From contig NC_087251.1 in assembly GCF_037042905.1 (NCBI RefSeq), forward strand, positions 43,216,001 to 43,280,000: a stretch of 64,000 nucleotides of DNA, read 5' to 3'. The stretch is from Lytechinus pictus (taxonomy: Eukaryota). The translations under genes and the position numbers were made by a program. The notes beneath the pieces were generated by a model. The model did no database searches and had not been told where the DNA came from. It worked only from the letters and a program-made list of their open reading frames with translations. Positions 1-14,884 of the stretch are shown here, in pieces; within the stretch, counting starts at the first letter, position 1; every line of letters begins with the position of its first letter.

Positions 1-3000
1 CACCAGTTGGGTTCGGTGAAGGTGCTTTAAAGGAAAAAGGGGGAAGAAAAATTATCTTGTGAGATGTCACATCTTCAGTTTTTGAGTTCCTACAAGTTGG
101 ATGTCACATAAGAAATTTCATCTTCAAAGAAATTATGTTGGCTAAAAATAAGAGAATAAATCATGAAGTAGTTCTTTCTTAACTTTCAAAATAGGAACTT
201 TTCTTCGAAAATTTCTCTCCACTTTATGTATTTTTTTCTCCAGTTCTGGGTTAATATGGAGACAAGGATCAAAGAAGGGTCTGCATTTGACAATGTAGAC
301 TAAATTAAAAGCTTTTTATTCTTCCATTTCTTGGCATCGACTGGCTCCATCATGAATGATGCTGCATTGAAGAGGCCAGGTGGTTATATCAAGTGTGTAA
401 ACTTCAATCCTCGTTCATCACTCTCTCCGACTTGAAACAAACTAGAATGAGGATTAGTGTACTTGCTTACTTTTTATGATATTTTCTGCTTTCGAATGTC
501 ATGTTTTTCTAAATATTTGCCATGATATTACTATCTCATTGGTTTCTGGTACCCTATGACAGGATATGCACTGGAGGTTTTTTATTACACATCAGGAAAT
601 AAATTTTGTGATATCATTTTCCTTGTAAAAATTGTACATATCAGTGATATGCCATTTATAATAATTAAAAACAAATTGTGTATGTATATTCATATTTTTC
701 TCAAACAAGATGGGATATTGGATTTTATATCAATATTGAATGTGAAGTATCTATTACAATCTAAATTGATGGAAATGACAATTTACCATGCTTTTCTCAA
801 TAAATAAAAATTAAACCCTCATAAAAGCCTTATTGTTTGAAAAAGCAGAATAAAAAAACCCCCTGAATTCCATTTCAATAAACGCAACTAATGGGCCTAC
901 TAAGAAAAATCTCTTCATTGCTCCTTGTGAAAGAGAAAATTTCTTAGAAAATGCAAAGATTTTCAGAAAAACAACAACTGACGAGCAATTAAAGGAAGAC
1001 CAATCATGCCAAAAGTGATAATGAATTGTTTTTGTCCATGAAACCAGTCCCTTCCAGCCTGCAACCAGAGAAATATTGTTATGATAACTAGTGGAACAGG
1101 AGTGTCCAAGAGCCTTGGGACAGTTGATGATATCCTCTAGCTCTCCAGAGGAAACATCTAGCTGTCATGTCCAATCAAATAAAATTACCCTCGATCATCT
1201 AATTAATCACCTCTTAAACATAATGGTAGAAGACAAGACAAGAAGGCTCCCTAAATTCCTTTGTTGTTTCTGGGCCTTGCCGACCCATGCACCGAGCCCC
1301 GCTCGGTCGTCGGCCAATTTACATCGCATTATTTTCACACCTTGTCTCTTGAGGAAACATGACGGTTTCCACACTGTTGCACAACAACAAAAGATGTGGC
1401 TCCACTCCTGCCCCGAGGCCTATAAACGCCACCACGATAATGACGACGATCATTCCGCCCTTCAACGCAAATTCACCAATATGGTGTGGCTAATAAAGAA
1501 TGCCGGTATGGCTGTGGACTCGGACTCTCTGATGAAAAGTGCAGCGGGGAATAGGAGCACATTTATTGTGCCATTTAGCAGCTGATAAGGCATGGTTGTG
1601 AAGTGCTTTTCTTCACACTGCCCCCTCTCCTTAAAAAGCCGACACTAATCTCTCCCACCAGAAGCTGAAAGGAACAAGAGAGTGGGGAAATGTTGTTAAT
1701 GATGACTTCTCTATCACAGTGTGCGTAATTGACTTTGTCTTGCGGAAAGGCGTAGACAAAGGCGATTCCCCTAAAAGACGGATGAACCTTGACGAATAGT
1801 ACAAGGCCAGGAAGTAGGCCATTTATCAAGATGGCCCCCATTTTGCTTGTTCAAGAAATTTACATTTAGCAAATAATTTTCATACTCCTCTTGCACAATG
1901 CTACTTAACTCATTACTGAACCTCTACGCTAGCAGCACACACTTAGTTAATGGAAATATTAAGGTCACAGAATTATTCTGGAAGTGGCCTGAATCATACA
2001 GACCTGAATAGAAAAGAAATGACAATGAACTAAATGCATCATTGCTTATCTTGTCATCTGCAAATGGCTATTGCTAGAGGGAACTTCCAAACTGGACAAT
2101 GCTCGAAGACTACAATTAACCCGTTCAATACAGAATCCTGCAGTCCCCACATAGGGGCCACCCTATCCTGGTGGACAATGAGTTAAAGCAAGACAGGCAG
2201 AGGGTAAAGCAAGAAAAGGAAGATTTATCCTCGATGACTTCATACCAAACAGCAGAATTTATGATTCATGAAATGATTAGCCATATCACTCCACACTCCT
2301 TAGATCATCCAATCCAACTCTAAATCCAATTCTAATCAAATTATCCCGGCATGCGGCACACTTTCTGTCTCCTGCTAATTGAGCACAAATCTCAAATTAT
2401 AACCTGCTTACTGCCGAAGAAGCTTCTTGTCAAGGTTGGGATTCCCTAGATGCCATCCTCTGTACATTAAAAATCATTGGAAGCAACAGAGTTCACATAT
2501 CACTAAGTTTACTATAAAAAAAATTGGTGAAACTACATCAGCCATGCAGATCCTACCATGCCTACTGTGCAATTTCTTTTCTTTTCTTTTATTACAGAAT
2601 ACATGTATAAATCTTATTGAAGATTTAAAATTCAATATTTTCGAAATTTTGATATTTCAACGCCACTATCCATCACCTTGGCTTACATATAATATGAAAG
2701 TCCAGTGTTCTTTGTATGTTTATGAGAGTGATATAGTAAACAGATATAATGATGCAATCCATTTGTTTTTGGCCATAAGATGATTTCAAAGCATATCCAT
2801 TTTTCTTTCACCTTTCTGCAGTCATCAAAATAGCAAGCATTTTGCCATTGCGCAAGCAAATTACTTGTAATATACCAAGAATTAGAATTCAAGATTCTGA
2901 AGCAAAAAAAGTGAATCTACATTAGATCTTAAAGTATTGAGCGTATGAAACAAAAGAAATTGAAAGTGCTGATCATATCACAGGCCATATCTATTGAATA

Positions 3001-3839
3001 CATATGCGGGTGTTTGTGACATCTGGGACCGCCAGCATATCAATCTGACTTTGGATTGTAGATTTTGATTCTTATTCCAGGGTATAGCCACGCTTACATC
3101 ATGACTACTAGCAAATTATTAGCCCGATCATTGAATCACAGCATTTATCAGACATCATCACCACAACACATGCACACTACCTATATGTCAACACTCATGT
3201 ACGCAAGGACCTTCTTCTTCTGAAAAGCTCAGTCACAAGTCTACCGCACGCACCATGCAGTAAGGCCGACTTCTGGGGGATCCCCTATAGATGCTATTGG
3301 GGATCACCCCTCTTCTTGTCTGTCACGATCCATTATCGAAATTAAAAGAAGCCCATGAATCACTGAAAGGAATTCCAACGGCTTTGAAGATGAGAGGTGA
3401 TTTTTTTTTGTGCCCCTGTGGATCCACCAAAGTCATCATGACTGACTCAACTTACCTCAGATTATACATGCTTTGCAAAATAAGGAAAAGGTTGAATATC
3501 ATCCATCGTTTGACCTTTGAATGACTATTGAAAGCCCTAATCTGTTCTGACAGCAACACAGGTGTACCTGAACTTACATCATGCATAGAGAAATTAATGA
3601 CACATGAACAGTGTGATCTAAGAAGGATTTTTCTTTTCAATGATATAGAAATCAGCACCATAATCAATTGCTACGCTTTATGCTATGGGGTGCCTGCCGG
3701 TCTCTCCCACACGCTGAGCATGCATCATCACTTGCTACCCTGAGATACCACACCAACCCGTTGGCATGTACCCATTGCATTAGATAAATTGTAGCTCGCG
3801 GGAAGGATTACCACTCCCTTAAATCCCCTACCATGGGTT

Positions 3840-4003
3840 TTTTGGGTTCTGTAGACCCCGTTTTCCACACCGCCCAGTATGTATCTAGTTCCCAAGACCC
3901 CGTGTTTGTGACCCTTGCGGTCAGTTCCTTAGAACCCCATTTCAGAGTCTCGCTAGGCACACCCCTATAAAAAAATAATTTGAGTGCCCCCCCCCCCCCC
4001 CGG
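3840..4003. mobile_element. Right-end remnant related to the 40386-40904 element
   Basis: It ends in ataatttgagtgccccccccccccccgg, preceded by gttcc..agacccc-type subrepeats. No matching left end was seen. Confidence 0.6.
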
Positions 4004-7000
4004 TGTCTTCACAAATCAGATTTGGTATACCTGTGTGAATCATTTGAAATACATGCATGACAATATCAAGTACTAGTATACTCCTACAGCAATGAATAAG
4101 GGAAGGATTAAGCTACGACTCAACAAATGATCAAGGGAAAGCTTTTTCCAGAGAAGAAAAAAATCAATGATGTATACCTCATACCAGGTATCCAGCAAAG
4201 AAAATCCTTCAATATAAAAGGGATGATCTATTACTATCTTATCGACTTTTAGAAATAACAAACTTGGGTAGCGAACGCAGCTGGACAATTAAAGCTAATT
4301 TGGGACATGTCATCTATTGCAGCTAATCATCCACCATCTACCTTTTGTTTACTTTTGTAATGCTCCTATTCTTTTGCACCACTCGGGTAAAAAGCTTTCC
4401 CACCCTTTCTTTCTTGTTTGAGTTGGTGGTATCCCCTGAAAGTTTCCACGTCATTAGCACCGTTTCTCTGGGCTGTCAATCACGGAGGTATGATTGGAAA
4501 ACTCAACAATCAACTTGTTTGCTTTTATAATAATCTGTCAATCCCTCTTACTTACAGTTAAGTGGTTTCACTTAACCAAAGAATAACTCTTTTCACTGGA
4601 CTAGTTTCAGTTTCAATGGGGGGTCCCGAGAGTTCCAACGTTTAATTTCACAATCGAGGACTTCAGCACGATATGATATCAATTATCAGTAGTATCCTCA
4701 CAATGTTACAAACTCACATTATGTAAGTCATCAAAAACCAAAATATCTATTCCTTGAATCATCAAATTTAAAAGACTTCTAGCTTGTATGGACTGATAGA
4801 TCTCTCATACATACAGTGTAAACTGTTTTTAAGATGTAAAAGAATTCTGATTTATGAGAATAGCATTTGTTTTCATATTTGCATAACACTATTCCAAAAC
4901 ATAGGACATATAGCTTAGGAAAAGAAGGTGTGCTACCTCTTCAGCAAAGTTGCTCACTATATCTTCCTGTATCTGTCTCTTTATCTTTTTTCTTTATCTC
5001 TCTCTCTCTCTCTATCTATCTACACAAAAACAAATATTATTTTCAATTAGACTAGCATATTAGCAGAGAACATATTCATATTTGATCAATGTCATTTTTT
5101 ATAAGTCCTGGTGACAAGTATCATAATGGATTATCTTCCTTTATGAATAAAAATTTACATTAATTTATCTCTCCCCTCTCTCTCTCCCTTTCAAACACAA
5201 ACACACACCCACATAATCATTCCCACAACCGTAATCTTGACACAAAACTTCACACAGAATTGAGCCTCCAAAGCCTCTATAGATACAATAAAGCATTTTG
5301 CAATCACGCTCCCTTTCTTCGCCTGTATCGGAATGTTGATCTTAGCAATAATACTGCTGATGGGCCAGCCGAGTCCCGTAGCGTAATAACGGTCTATTTA
5401 ACCCCAATGACATTTGAGAACGGTCACCTAGCTCAGAACACATTTCGGGAGTATTAAGCCTGGAGACTGATTCTGAAGGGAATAAGGGGCTGTCACATGC
5501 ACTTTTCAATATCCAATCAATTTGTCAGATATAGACAAGGTAATAACAATAACAAAACTGTTTTTTAGAAGACATCTAATAAATGCATTGCGTTGAGAGG
5601 GCTCGTGTTTCGGGGGGGTTCCATAACACATGAAATTGGTATGGATAACAAGTATAGACGATCAATTCTGATTGGCTCTTGAACAAAATGTGCATGTAAG
5701 AGTGACCAGGATTGGACATTGCTATTTAGTGATTTCTTGAAAACCTTTGTTATTTGGAGTCTGGGGATTTTCTATGTCCTTTCTTGTGTGTGTAAGACTG
5801 CATTCTTCCTATTTTAGTGAACATTGTTCGTAAAGCATTTCAAATGATAGATTTCACCAAATTAACATTTGGTGAAATCTGTTGACAAATGTAAAAAAAA
5901 AAATCTTTAAAAAAAAATCTCAATAAAGATCACTCCGTACAACATTACCCATACTTATTTACATATTTCTAGATTTGTATTATACAGTTGTTGATGAATA
6001 TATTCATGCGGAAATCCAGCATGACTTTTTATCTCATTGACAAATTACATACTGATATTCACGATAGAAGGGGGCAAAGAAATGCAATAACTGACCCTTT
6101 GAATATTTCTCAGTATTTCTCCCTGTTGGCCTGAAAACAAACAGATGAATAGCATGGATAGCTTGGGGGTTAGACAGATATTGCTGAAATCTAAAAATAC
6201 CCACACACACTGTATAGCCAAACTCGGCCCATGGTGTGCGAATACAAATTTGTCCAATGAATTAATATTCCCAGGTAAACTGAACCAAGACCTGGATAAG
6301 CTAATAACACACAGTGCCCTACACACTCCATTTTCTTTCACTCATCTTTTTTTTTCTCCAACAATCAAGGTTGATAATTGTGTCAAATGGCATGGAAAGA
6401 ATATTCACTTTGCTTCAATGGGATATACCCTATAATGGGGTTACTCAAATGCCAGCGGCCCTCATATTTCAATAAATGATGGAGTCAAAGAGAAGGAATT
6501 AAATTACACTTAACCACTCAAGTTTGGTAAAGTAATGGATAATTTGGCCATCAATTTGGTAGAATTCTGGCCATTGGCACTAGATATCTCATAATACATC
6601 TAATAAGATGTTTGGAAATCCTGTTTGTGAGATGTTTGTAATCATAATTACAATCTCTATTCAAATCAAGATCAATTTGGATAAAGATGATCCACCTCGT
6701 AAACTGAAGCCGCATCACTGTCCTACATTTTGTTTGTTAGAATGATTGGAACGCTGATGTCTTTGCTAAGAGTATCTACAGTGCACTGATCTCACTATTG
6801 ATATGACACATACACTTAAAGGTGTAGCAGTTCTGACAATTGGCTTGCAATCAGTGGGTCATGTGTTAAAATCCCACCGCAGCCTTGCGTCCTTTTGCAA
6901 GGCGTCAATCCAAGCTTTGCCACCCTCAACCGAGGTTTTAATGGGTATCCTGCAGGATGCGAAAGCCTATGTAGTATGCCTAGCAATTGCACAAGCCTTA

Positions 7001-7019
7001 GAACTCTCGTTGGAATGGT

Positions 7020-7431
7020 CCCAGGGAGTGGAGAAAGTACATACATTGTGTGCAGGCAAGCCATGATCTGATGACAAGGGTGATAATATATATCTGTAAA
7101 GCACTCAAAGATATTGTTTATATCTACCTAGTGCTGTGTATTACCAGAATAGTACGCTCCCAGGGAGTGGAGAAAGTCATACATTGTGTGCAGGCAAGCC
7201 ATGATCTGATGACAAGGGTAATAATATATATCTGTAAAGCACTCAAAGACATTGTTTATATCTACCTAGTGCTGTGTATTAGCAGAATAGTACGCCCCCA
7301 GGGAGCGGAGAAAGTACATACATTGTGTGCAGGCAAGCCATGATCTGATGACAAGGGTAATAATATATATCTGTAAAGCACTCAAAGACATTGTTTATAT
7401 GTACCCAGTGCTGTGTATTAGCAGAATAGTA
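7020..7431. repeat. 138-139-bp tandem repeat, 3 near-identical copies
   Basis: Units start with cccagggag(t/c)ggagaaagt at 7020, 7159 and 7297. Confidence 0.95.
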
Positions 7432-8316
7432 TTATATATTGATTTTAAATAAAAATCATAACTTCACAGCTATAAACTCTCTAAGACTTCCTCGCTGCTG
7501 CTCTCTCTCAATGTTAACCTAACTCTATTTAGGTACAATTGGATTGTAAACTTAATTGACCTATACCCCTCCCAAAACGTTCCTGAACTTAGGTCACAAC
7601 ACTATTCAGAAATTTCCCCTCCTTCATGATATTATATCGATATGCATGGTAAAAAAAATTGGTGGGTATTTATTGAGTAGAATCCAATTATGTTCCAATT
7701 GCAAGCCACTTAGGTCTGCAGTGTAAAATAAACACGGGCCCCCTGCCATCTCAGCATGCAATGTCCTAATTCTCTTCTAATATCCCTACCAAAATTTCTC
7801 AGTCATATTATTTATATATACATCAATATTACAAGTACTATCGCAGACTGTTCTTTATTTTCCACCCGTGTGCTGTATGCCTATCAAAACTACTCCTTTG
7901 GAAGATGAACTGCACAGTGAGGTGCAGAAGATACAGTGCTCCTCCACCCACAAATAACAATTTATTTAATCTTCCCCAAAGTACTTGATGAAAATGCGAG
8001 GGTAAAAGTATGATTTGATATCATAAATCAAGCCAAATTAAATTCTGGAAGGCAAATAATGCTGAGAGCGAGTATCAACACTTCAGATGGGGATAGTGGG
8101 TGGCGACAGAATAAAACACACACACGCTCTGCGTGGTAGTTAAAATATTACCTGGAGTGCAAACTCGGTTTTTAAGATCCCGCTATTTCCAAAATTTAAT
8201 TCTTCATTGATTTATTAGTTGAGTCAACTCTTACCAGCTTGATCAAATTTGTTTCTTAGTCTTTTGTCCACACTCACTACTCCTCCCTCAAGATTTTCCA
8301 CTTCCTGATATATTAC

Positions 8317-8560
8317 CCCCCTCTCTCTCCCCCTCTCGCCTTATCTCTCATCCTTTCTCTCTATCTCTCTATCAAGACTATTCTACTTCCTATCGTATAA
8401 ATAAATAGCCGCTTCTCCCTTTCTTTCTTTTTTTCTTTCTTGCTTTCTTTCTTTCTTTCTATCTTTCTTTCTTTCTTTCTCTCTCAATTTCTCTCTCTCT
8501 CTTTCTGTCTCTCTACTTCTCTCTCAATAACATCTGTCTCTGTCTATTCTCTCATTCATT
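8317..8560. repeat. Pyrimidine-rich (CT/CTTT)n low-complexity tract
   Basis: (tttc)n and (tc)n runs are directly visible. Confidence 0.85.
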
Positions 8561-10094
8561 TTCACCTCGTAATTCCAATGGGGAAAAAAAATTATGGGCA
8601 TGTCTCATAGTTTGCTTAGAAGGTAATAACTTTTGAAATAAGCGATAGATGACAAAATTATTGTGGCAATTTAATGAACATGTCTGGGCCCATTTTCGGA
8701 CCACAGTCGGTGTGAGCAAGCTAATAAAATGCCAGGTGCATTGTGGAGCGGGCTCTTAACAGCCGTGGTGTGTGGTATGTATATTCCTTCTCCTCCGCCG
8801 CATTCTTTCTTCCTTTTTTTTTTCTTTCTCCGTCAATTTTACCGGCGATAGTTAAGGGACCACCCTTGGGTTCATTCAAACACCTTCACCCAAATAAAAT
8901 ATGAAATTGATTAAGACTGACATCCATAAACTATGCCATTAAAAACCTGTTATGGAGAGTAATTTCTACAGCCATCAGTCATGAAAATACTTCAGAATGA
9001 GCATACAGACCAGGCAAAATCGACTAATACTCTGGTTGAAAGTTTTAATACAATCTTCAATCATAGTGTTGTTGCATTATTTTTTGTTATCTCTTCCATT
9101 ATTGTGTTTTACATCACAAGATTTTAGTTTCTCCTCTATCATTATGAAAAGAGAATAAGTCAAAAGAAACACTGACATTTCAAAATTTTACACTTTGACA
9201 TTTTTATCACGATATCAATATTCAACTGAAGTATCAGTCACTACAAAAATAGACCATTCATCATATCTTAAAACTTTAATTCTTTTATATACTCTTATAC
9301 TCTGAAAATTCCAAGCAGTACTATTGCAAGTATTCCACGTAATTAACCTGCAAGTGATTGACCAACTAATGAGCTGTGAGGATTTGAGGCTGTGAATCAA
9401 AAGAGATTGAGGTCATCATAAAAATAAATACATGGGACTACGGGGCCCTTGATGGACAAATAGATATGACTGGAATTCTTCTCGAAAGAAAGACGAGTTA
9501 TATAGCAATAAACCAGAGAGGCACCTTCAAGGAGGGACGAATCCCTCAGATTATAAAATAGTAAGTTAACATGGAAAATTGAAAATTGTAAGCCCTACAT
9601 AGATTGAAATATGTGCAACTGTGTCATCTGCTTGTTAATAATGTTAATTGGATGATCAGTAGCAAAGTGTACTATTTTCATGATGGAATGAAATTGAACT
9701 GAACTGAATGTTGTGATATATATAGCAGAATATCATTTCATCACAACTTGATAAAATATTTATATGTAACAGGGGCAAGTTACATCGTGTTTGCTTGATT
9801 GTGTTTCCATTCAATGATTCTCATATGCCATGTAAACTACAGGCCTAATTGACATTTCGCATCAAGAATGCAATATATAGGCCTGTAAAATAAAATGCGA
9901 TGAAACCTATTACTGGGATATACACATCTCATTTGGGAGGGTAGCAGAAGATGACCTTCAGGGTGACCCCATCTGAGGACAAGGACAGTGAATTATATCA
10001 GATTGAATAGACAGTTTATGGCCAGCATTCTCTAGCAAAGAAGGTTTGTAGGTGGATGACTGACCTTAATGAGATGTGCTCTAGGCTACAAAGT

Positions 10095-10410
10095 CTCTTC
10101 TCCCCTCTCTCTGTTCTCCCCTCTCCCTATGCCCCCTCTCTCTCTCTATGCCCCCCCCCCTCTCTCTCTCTCCTCTTCCTTTCATCATGGACCTATCCAT
10201 GCTTTCATTAACATCTATTTTCTTTCATTTTTTTACAACCCCCCCCCCTTCTCTCTTCCCCCTCCCTCACATTTGTTTGCTCCTCCCCTCATCAACCTTA
10301 CTCCCCCTCTGATCCCCTCTCTCTTTCTCTCATATTCTCTGTCTGTGTCTCTCTCCCTCTCACTTCATCCTACCCTTCCCCTCTATATCTGTCCATATCT
10401 TTGTCCATCT
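10095..10410. repeat. Pyrimidine-rich (CT)n low-complexity tract
   Basis: C/T runs are directly visible and explain the spurious Pro/Ser/Leu-rich ORF. Confidence 0.85.
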
Positions 10411-13400
10411 CTTATGTCCAGATATCTATTTGGATATGACTATAAAGCCTCTGGATAGGGTATATGGATTTTAAAATCAAGAAAAATTAAATTATTCATG
10501 ACAAGATTAGGCGGTAGTGCGAGGAGAGGAATCAGAATTTATACAGCCCCATTCCAAGAGAGTATATAAGTTGCTTTTATAATATAGACCAATATTATAG
10601 AGTATACTCTTACAAATCTGAACAAAAAGTATCCACAAGAACAAATGCTTAAGAGCTAATCATGACACTAAAAGACCTTTTCAACATGTACAAGGTGGTC
10701 GTTTTCGAATTTGAAACATTTATATATATTTGCTATATTTCACATGTCTGTTCTACAGTGTTTGGCAACAATGGACATTTTTCAATTCCACAAAATCTTT
10801 ATTTCAGCAACTTTTCCTTTAATACTATGATGATATATTAATTTCCAGCTAAAGGGCATTTGATATAAATAAAATAAAAGTAAATAAATCAAAGGGCCTA
10901 CACTTAACAGAGCATAGAGCCAGTTTTTCAAGATTTTGTGGAAAATGTAGTGCAACATAATATTACCCCCCCCCCCCTCCACTTTGATTTCCACAAACGA
11001 TTTTACATCTTGTAATACTATCAAATCACCCATTAAGAGCCTCAAAAAAATGAAATACCAATGTAAATTCAATCCAAACAAATTACAACTTGAGATATAA
11101 GATAGGGACATTGCATCTTTTCTATTTATGGGTTGAAGATTAGTTGCAGCCTATGATGCATAAGATAAGATCTGTCAAATGGAATTCATGCAAATCATGT
11201 CAACAGAAATGTGTTTCTCTTTAATGGAGTGTGACTTCTGATATGAACCCAAAGGTCATCATCAGAACTGATGATCATGATAAGATATATCAAAACATTT
11301 CCTATGCAGTTTAAGCGAATGGTTCCTGGTTTGAGGTGTTTCCTCAAATGTGCGAATTACCTTGTTTAGATTTGCCCCAGGATTCAAAACAGATCGAAGA
11401 TTAGGGACCGTGCTTTTGGATGCCTACAACCCAACTACATCAAAGCAAATTAGAGCAGGCAAAAATTAATTTTGTATTTTCAGAGGCTACTTTTCACAAC
11501 TCATAGGCCAAATCTGCAATATTGGGGAAGCTTTAACATTGCAGTGATTTTCCAGGACTCTTTTGAGCAATTCAGGGGCGAAATGCCCCACGCCCCGTGT
11601 AATTTTTCCCCTAAAATAGATTGACGTCTGAATGCTTTTAAAGTAGGCCTATAGCCATATCTCATATCAATACCAGGATTGGGGGGGGGGGTACATCAAT
11701 ACTGCTGGTATGTATCAAGATCCTTGCCATTGAACTTGTGAGAGATTGTAATTCATGACTCCCTTAAACTACCCCCAACCACATTCATGATCAGTGCAAT
11801 GCCTTCCAAAACATCGTTAAATCATTTGGAATTGCAACCATGTTCTTGAAGACAAACGAGACATTACAGGTAAAATGAAGCTATTTAAACAACTGATTGG
11901 ACAAATCAACAACATAAATGTGGTGATTCATGTCCTATGATCTTGCCGAAAAGGAACTCGTGCAAGTAAAGCATGCCGTATGCGGCAGATGATGGCCAAA
12001 AGATCATGCAGTCGAGCACCATATTAGATATGTGTGGTGGGTCTTTTCCATCTATTCAACAAAAAGGCTCTTCCAAACTGGCAATATTATCAGTTATTCT
12101 CGGACTTGCGTGCTCTTGAGATGATCAAAGACCTCCGCAGAAACCAGAGGGGATATGAAGTCTCTCGGCTTCCGCTGTATCCTTCATTCTCGCACACCGC
12201 CCTCGCTCTAAGATTATCATCCTTCAGGCAGGAAGACTATTAGTGTGAAGAGCCCAAATGAATCATTAACGTTTACCTAGATTGGGAAACAGCTTAATTC
12301 ATGCAGATCAATTCAGGTAAAAGGGTAAAATGTCCTTTATCCTCAAGCTCCTACAAAGCAGTGATGAAATCGAAAAAGTATGATTCAGCTTACACCCCTT
12401 CCAGAAATGATTGTAAAAATAAATAAAAGGAGAAATATTGAATTAAAAAAAAGAATGAAATGCACTTCGATTGTGAGATAAATGAAGAGGTTCGAGATTG
12501 AGAAAGCTTCTTCACTGACCTAAACTGTAGGTCAGTCACGATAGTAAAACGCATGGCTTGTAATTAATAGCCGTAATCACACTAACAAAACCCAGGAGGG
12601 GCAAGGCTTACACAAGAAATACTCGCCTGGGAGTCGAATAACTTTCTTCTTCAAAGGTTAACGAGAGAATAAAATTCATACCTCTGCTCTGTTTTGACCA
12701 TAAAACTGAAAATTGGCCAAGCGCGTCCAGAGGTTGAGGCTACAGAGAGGGATATCAGTCAAAAGGGTATGACATTAGGGTCTGTAATTGGCTCCTATGA
12801 CACAAGAAGAGCAACCATCCAAAATATTCAATGGAAATTTTCATGCAGAAATGGTGAATGATGGCTGGAGGGGCCTAACGATCACCACCATCGAGAATTG
12901 ATGATGGGATTGATTTTCCTAACACCAATGAGATGGAACTCTCCGAGACATCGAACCGGTCCGAGACTGTTCTCTGAGACATAGCAAGCGGGGTTGATGG
13001 CGAGAATTAAAGATGATGTCCTACAGGCATTTTGCGTTGCTTCAGGACTCGGCTAAGCCAACCCTAGATCCACAGCATCGGACAATTTCCATATAGAAGC
13101 AGACTAGTTAAGATTCTATGCATCATTCTTTATGATTCATCTTCAAAAGCCGTCCATGTTGGGAATAAGGAAGGGGATACGGACAAGGCAATGATACATC
13201 TCATTAGAATTGATGAGGGAAAGTCATCGACACAGCAAAATTAGATTTTCTTTAGACTAGATTTTGATAAATGGGTGCGAGCGAGATGGATCATGACTGA
13301 TCAGAAAAAAGCTCAGTGTCAAAGCCTTTAAGTAATAAGTTTCAGTCACGGACAGGGTTACTGACCTCCATTCCAATGCCAATATGTTTTGCCTATGTTC

Positions 13401-14754
13401 CATTTTCATCACTGAATTTCCTTCCACTTAAACTTGGTTCTTTCCAGCTCTTTTCCCTCTCCCTACATCTCTGTCAACCTATTTCACATCTCTCTTGATC
13501 TTCTCTTATGGTTTCAAACTTGCTAACTTAAATTTGGGATTGCTAGCAGACTGCATTCCCTTCTGCTCTGCCTCTCTAGCATACAACAAAACATTATTTT
13601 CCTTTTAAAACAATGATAAGATTGCATGCAATCATTCATAAAATAATTGACATATCTACTCTCTTACACACATTTCCATATCTAAACAGATAATAGTTAA
13701 TCATGAATTTCAAATTTATCAAGAACATGAGAATCTGCTTTCAACTTGGCTGTGATTATTTTGAAGCTATGATGGGGGAAGCAACAGGCTGAGAAAGGAG
13801 AAGGATGCAGAGTTGTTAAGAGCATTTGAACGGGTGAATGACCCCAACACTTGGAATACAGATTTTCCATTTCTTCCCGCCCTTCTCCACCCCTCTCTCT
13901 CTTCCCTCAATCTATCCCCATTCCTCTTCATATATTACTTCTTCTGGCTTTCAAGATGGACTCGTCCGCTGTCTAATCCATCGGCCATCCACTCCATACC
14001 AGTCATAGAGTTGATGAATCCCCTCCTACCAATCCCCTTGACAGGTTATTATGTACAGAGTTACACATGATGGATCGCCCCTACCCAGACCCTACCACAC
14101 TCATTGGTGTGTTCTTCACAAGTTGAGGTAACGGCCAAACCCTATCAAAAGCTCTTTTATCCACGCAACCCAAACTGAACCTGAGAGACGGAGTTCATTT
14201 ACACACTTCACCTGTCAGTGTACATTTAAGAGAGATGAAAAAAGCAATATTGGTAAATTTGTGACAGAAATGGCTAGCTTTTCTGTGTTCTATTCCCCCC
14301 AGCCGGACCCCTGATCCGGTGATCACTCAGTCACAGTACGCTTTGTCAGTTGTAGTAGTAGTAGTAAAACCAAAGAGCTCTTCTATGAAATTTAGAGTGA
14401 ACTTTTTTTGTTGGAACTCTTCCTTCATATGCTTCATCTGTCAGGTTGTATTTAGAGGCAGAATGGTTGAATGAAATCACTAAATGTCATTTTATTGACA
14501 ATTTATGGTAATCGATTTATCCAGGAATTGGTTCGGCAAATATGAATCTAACGATTCTTGCTGCTTAATTCAGTCTGACAAATAAACTGTTAATACTTGA
14601 AAAACTTCCTAAAGATAGGAAATCAATAAGAATTCCAGCTTTTGTTGCAGGATGATTAGATGCTGTTATCAATCTGTAAATCCTCAGAACATGGAGCCTT
14701 AGTAGGGATCATGCTTAAAAGAAAAAAAAAGCATCCGGCCCAGAAGATAAATCG

Positions 14755-14884
14755 AGGCCCTGTAATATAGAGCTAAGTGATTGATCATTGGCTGATTTTT
14801 ATGATGGATCACACACAATAATCAATGCCATCAATCATGGAAATCACCATACGATCAATTGCTATGCTTTATGTCACAGGGCCT
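14755..14884. mobile_element. Small MITE (about 130 bp)
   Basis: The TIRs are aggccctgtaatatagag and ctttatgtcacagggcct. The interior has inverted attgatc/gatcaat segments. A related remnant lies near 3655-3695. Confidence 0.65.

Noticed and set aside
1091..1585. 164-aa plus-strand ORF
   Set aside because: It has a GTG start, no recognisable domain and no convincing splice context, and it is antisense within an intron. It is probably a chance ORF in a GC-richer patch.
10069..10458. Pro/Ser/Leu-rich ORF, and similar ORFs at 15829-16370 and 28161-28580
   Set aside because: These are artefacts of CT/GA low-complexity tracts that lack stop codons.
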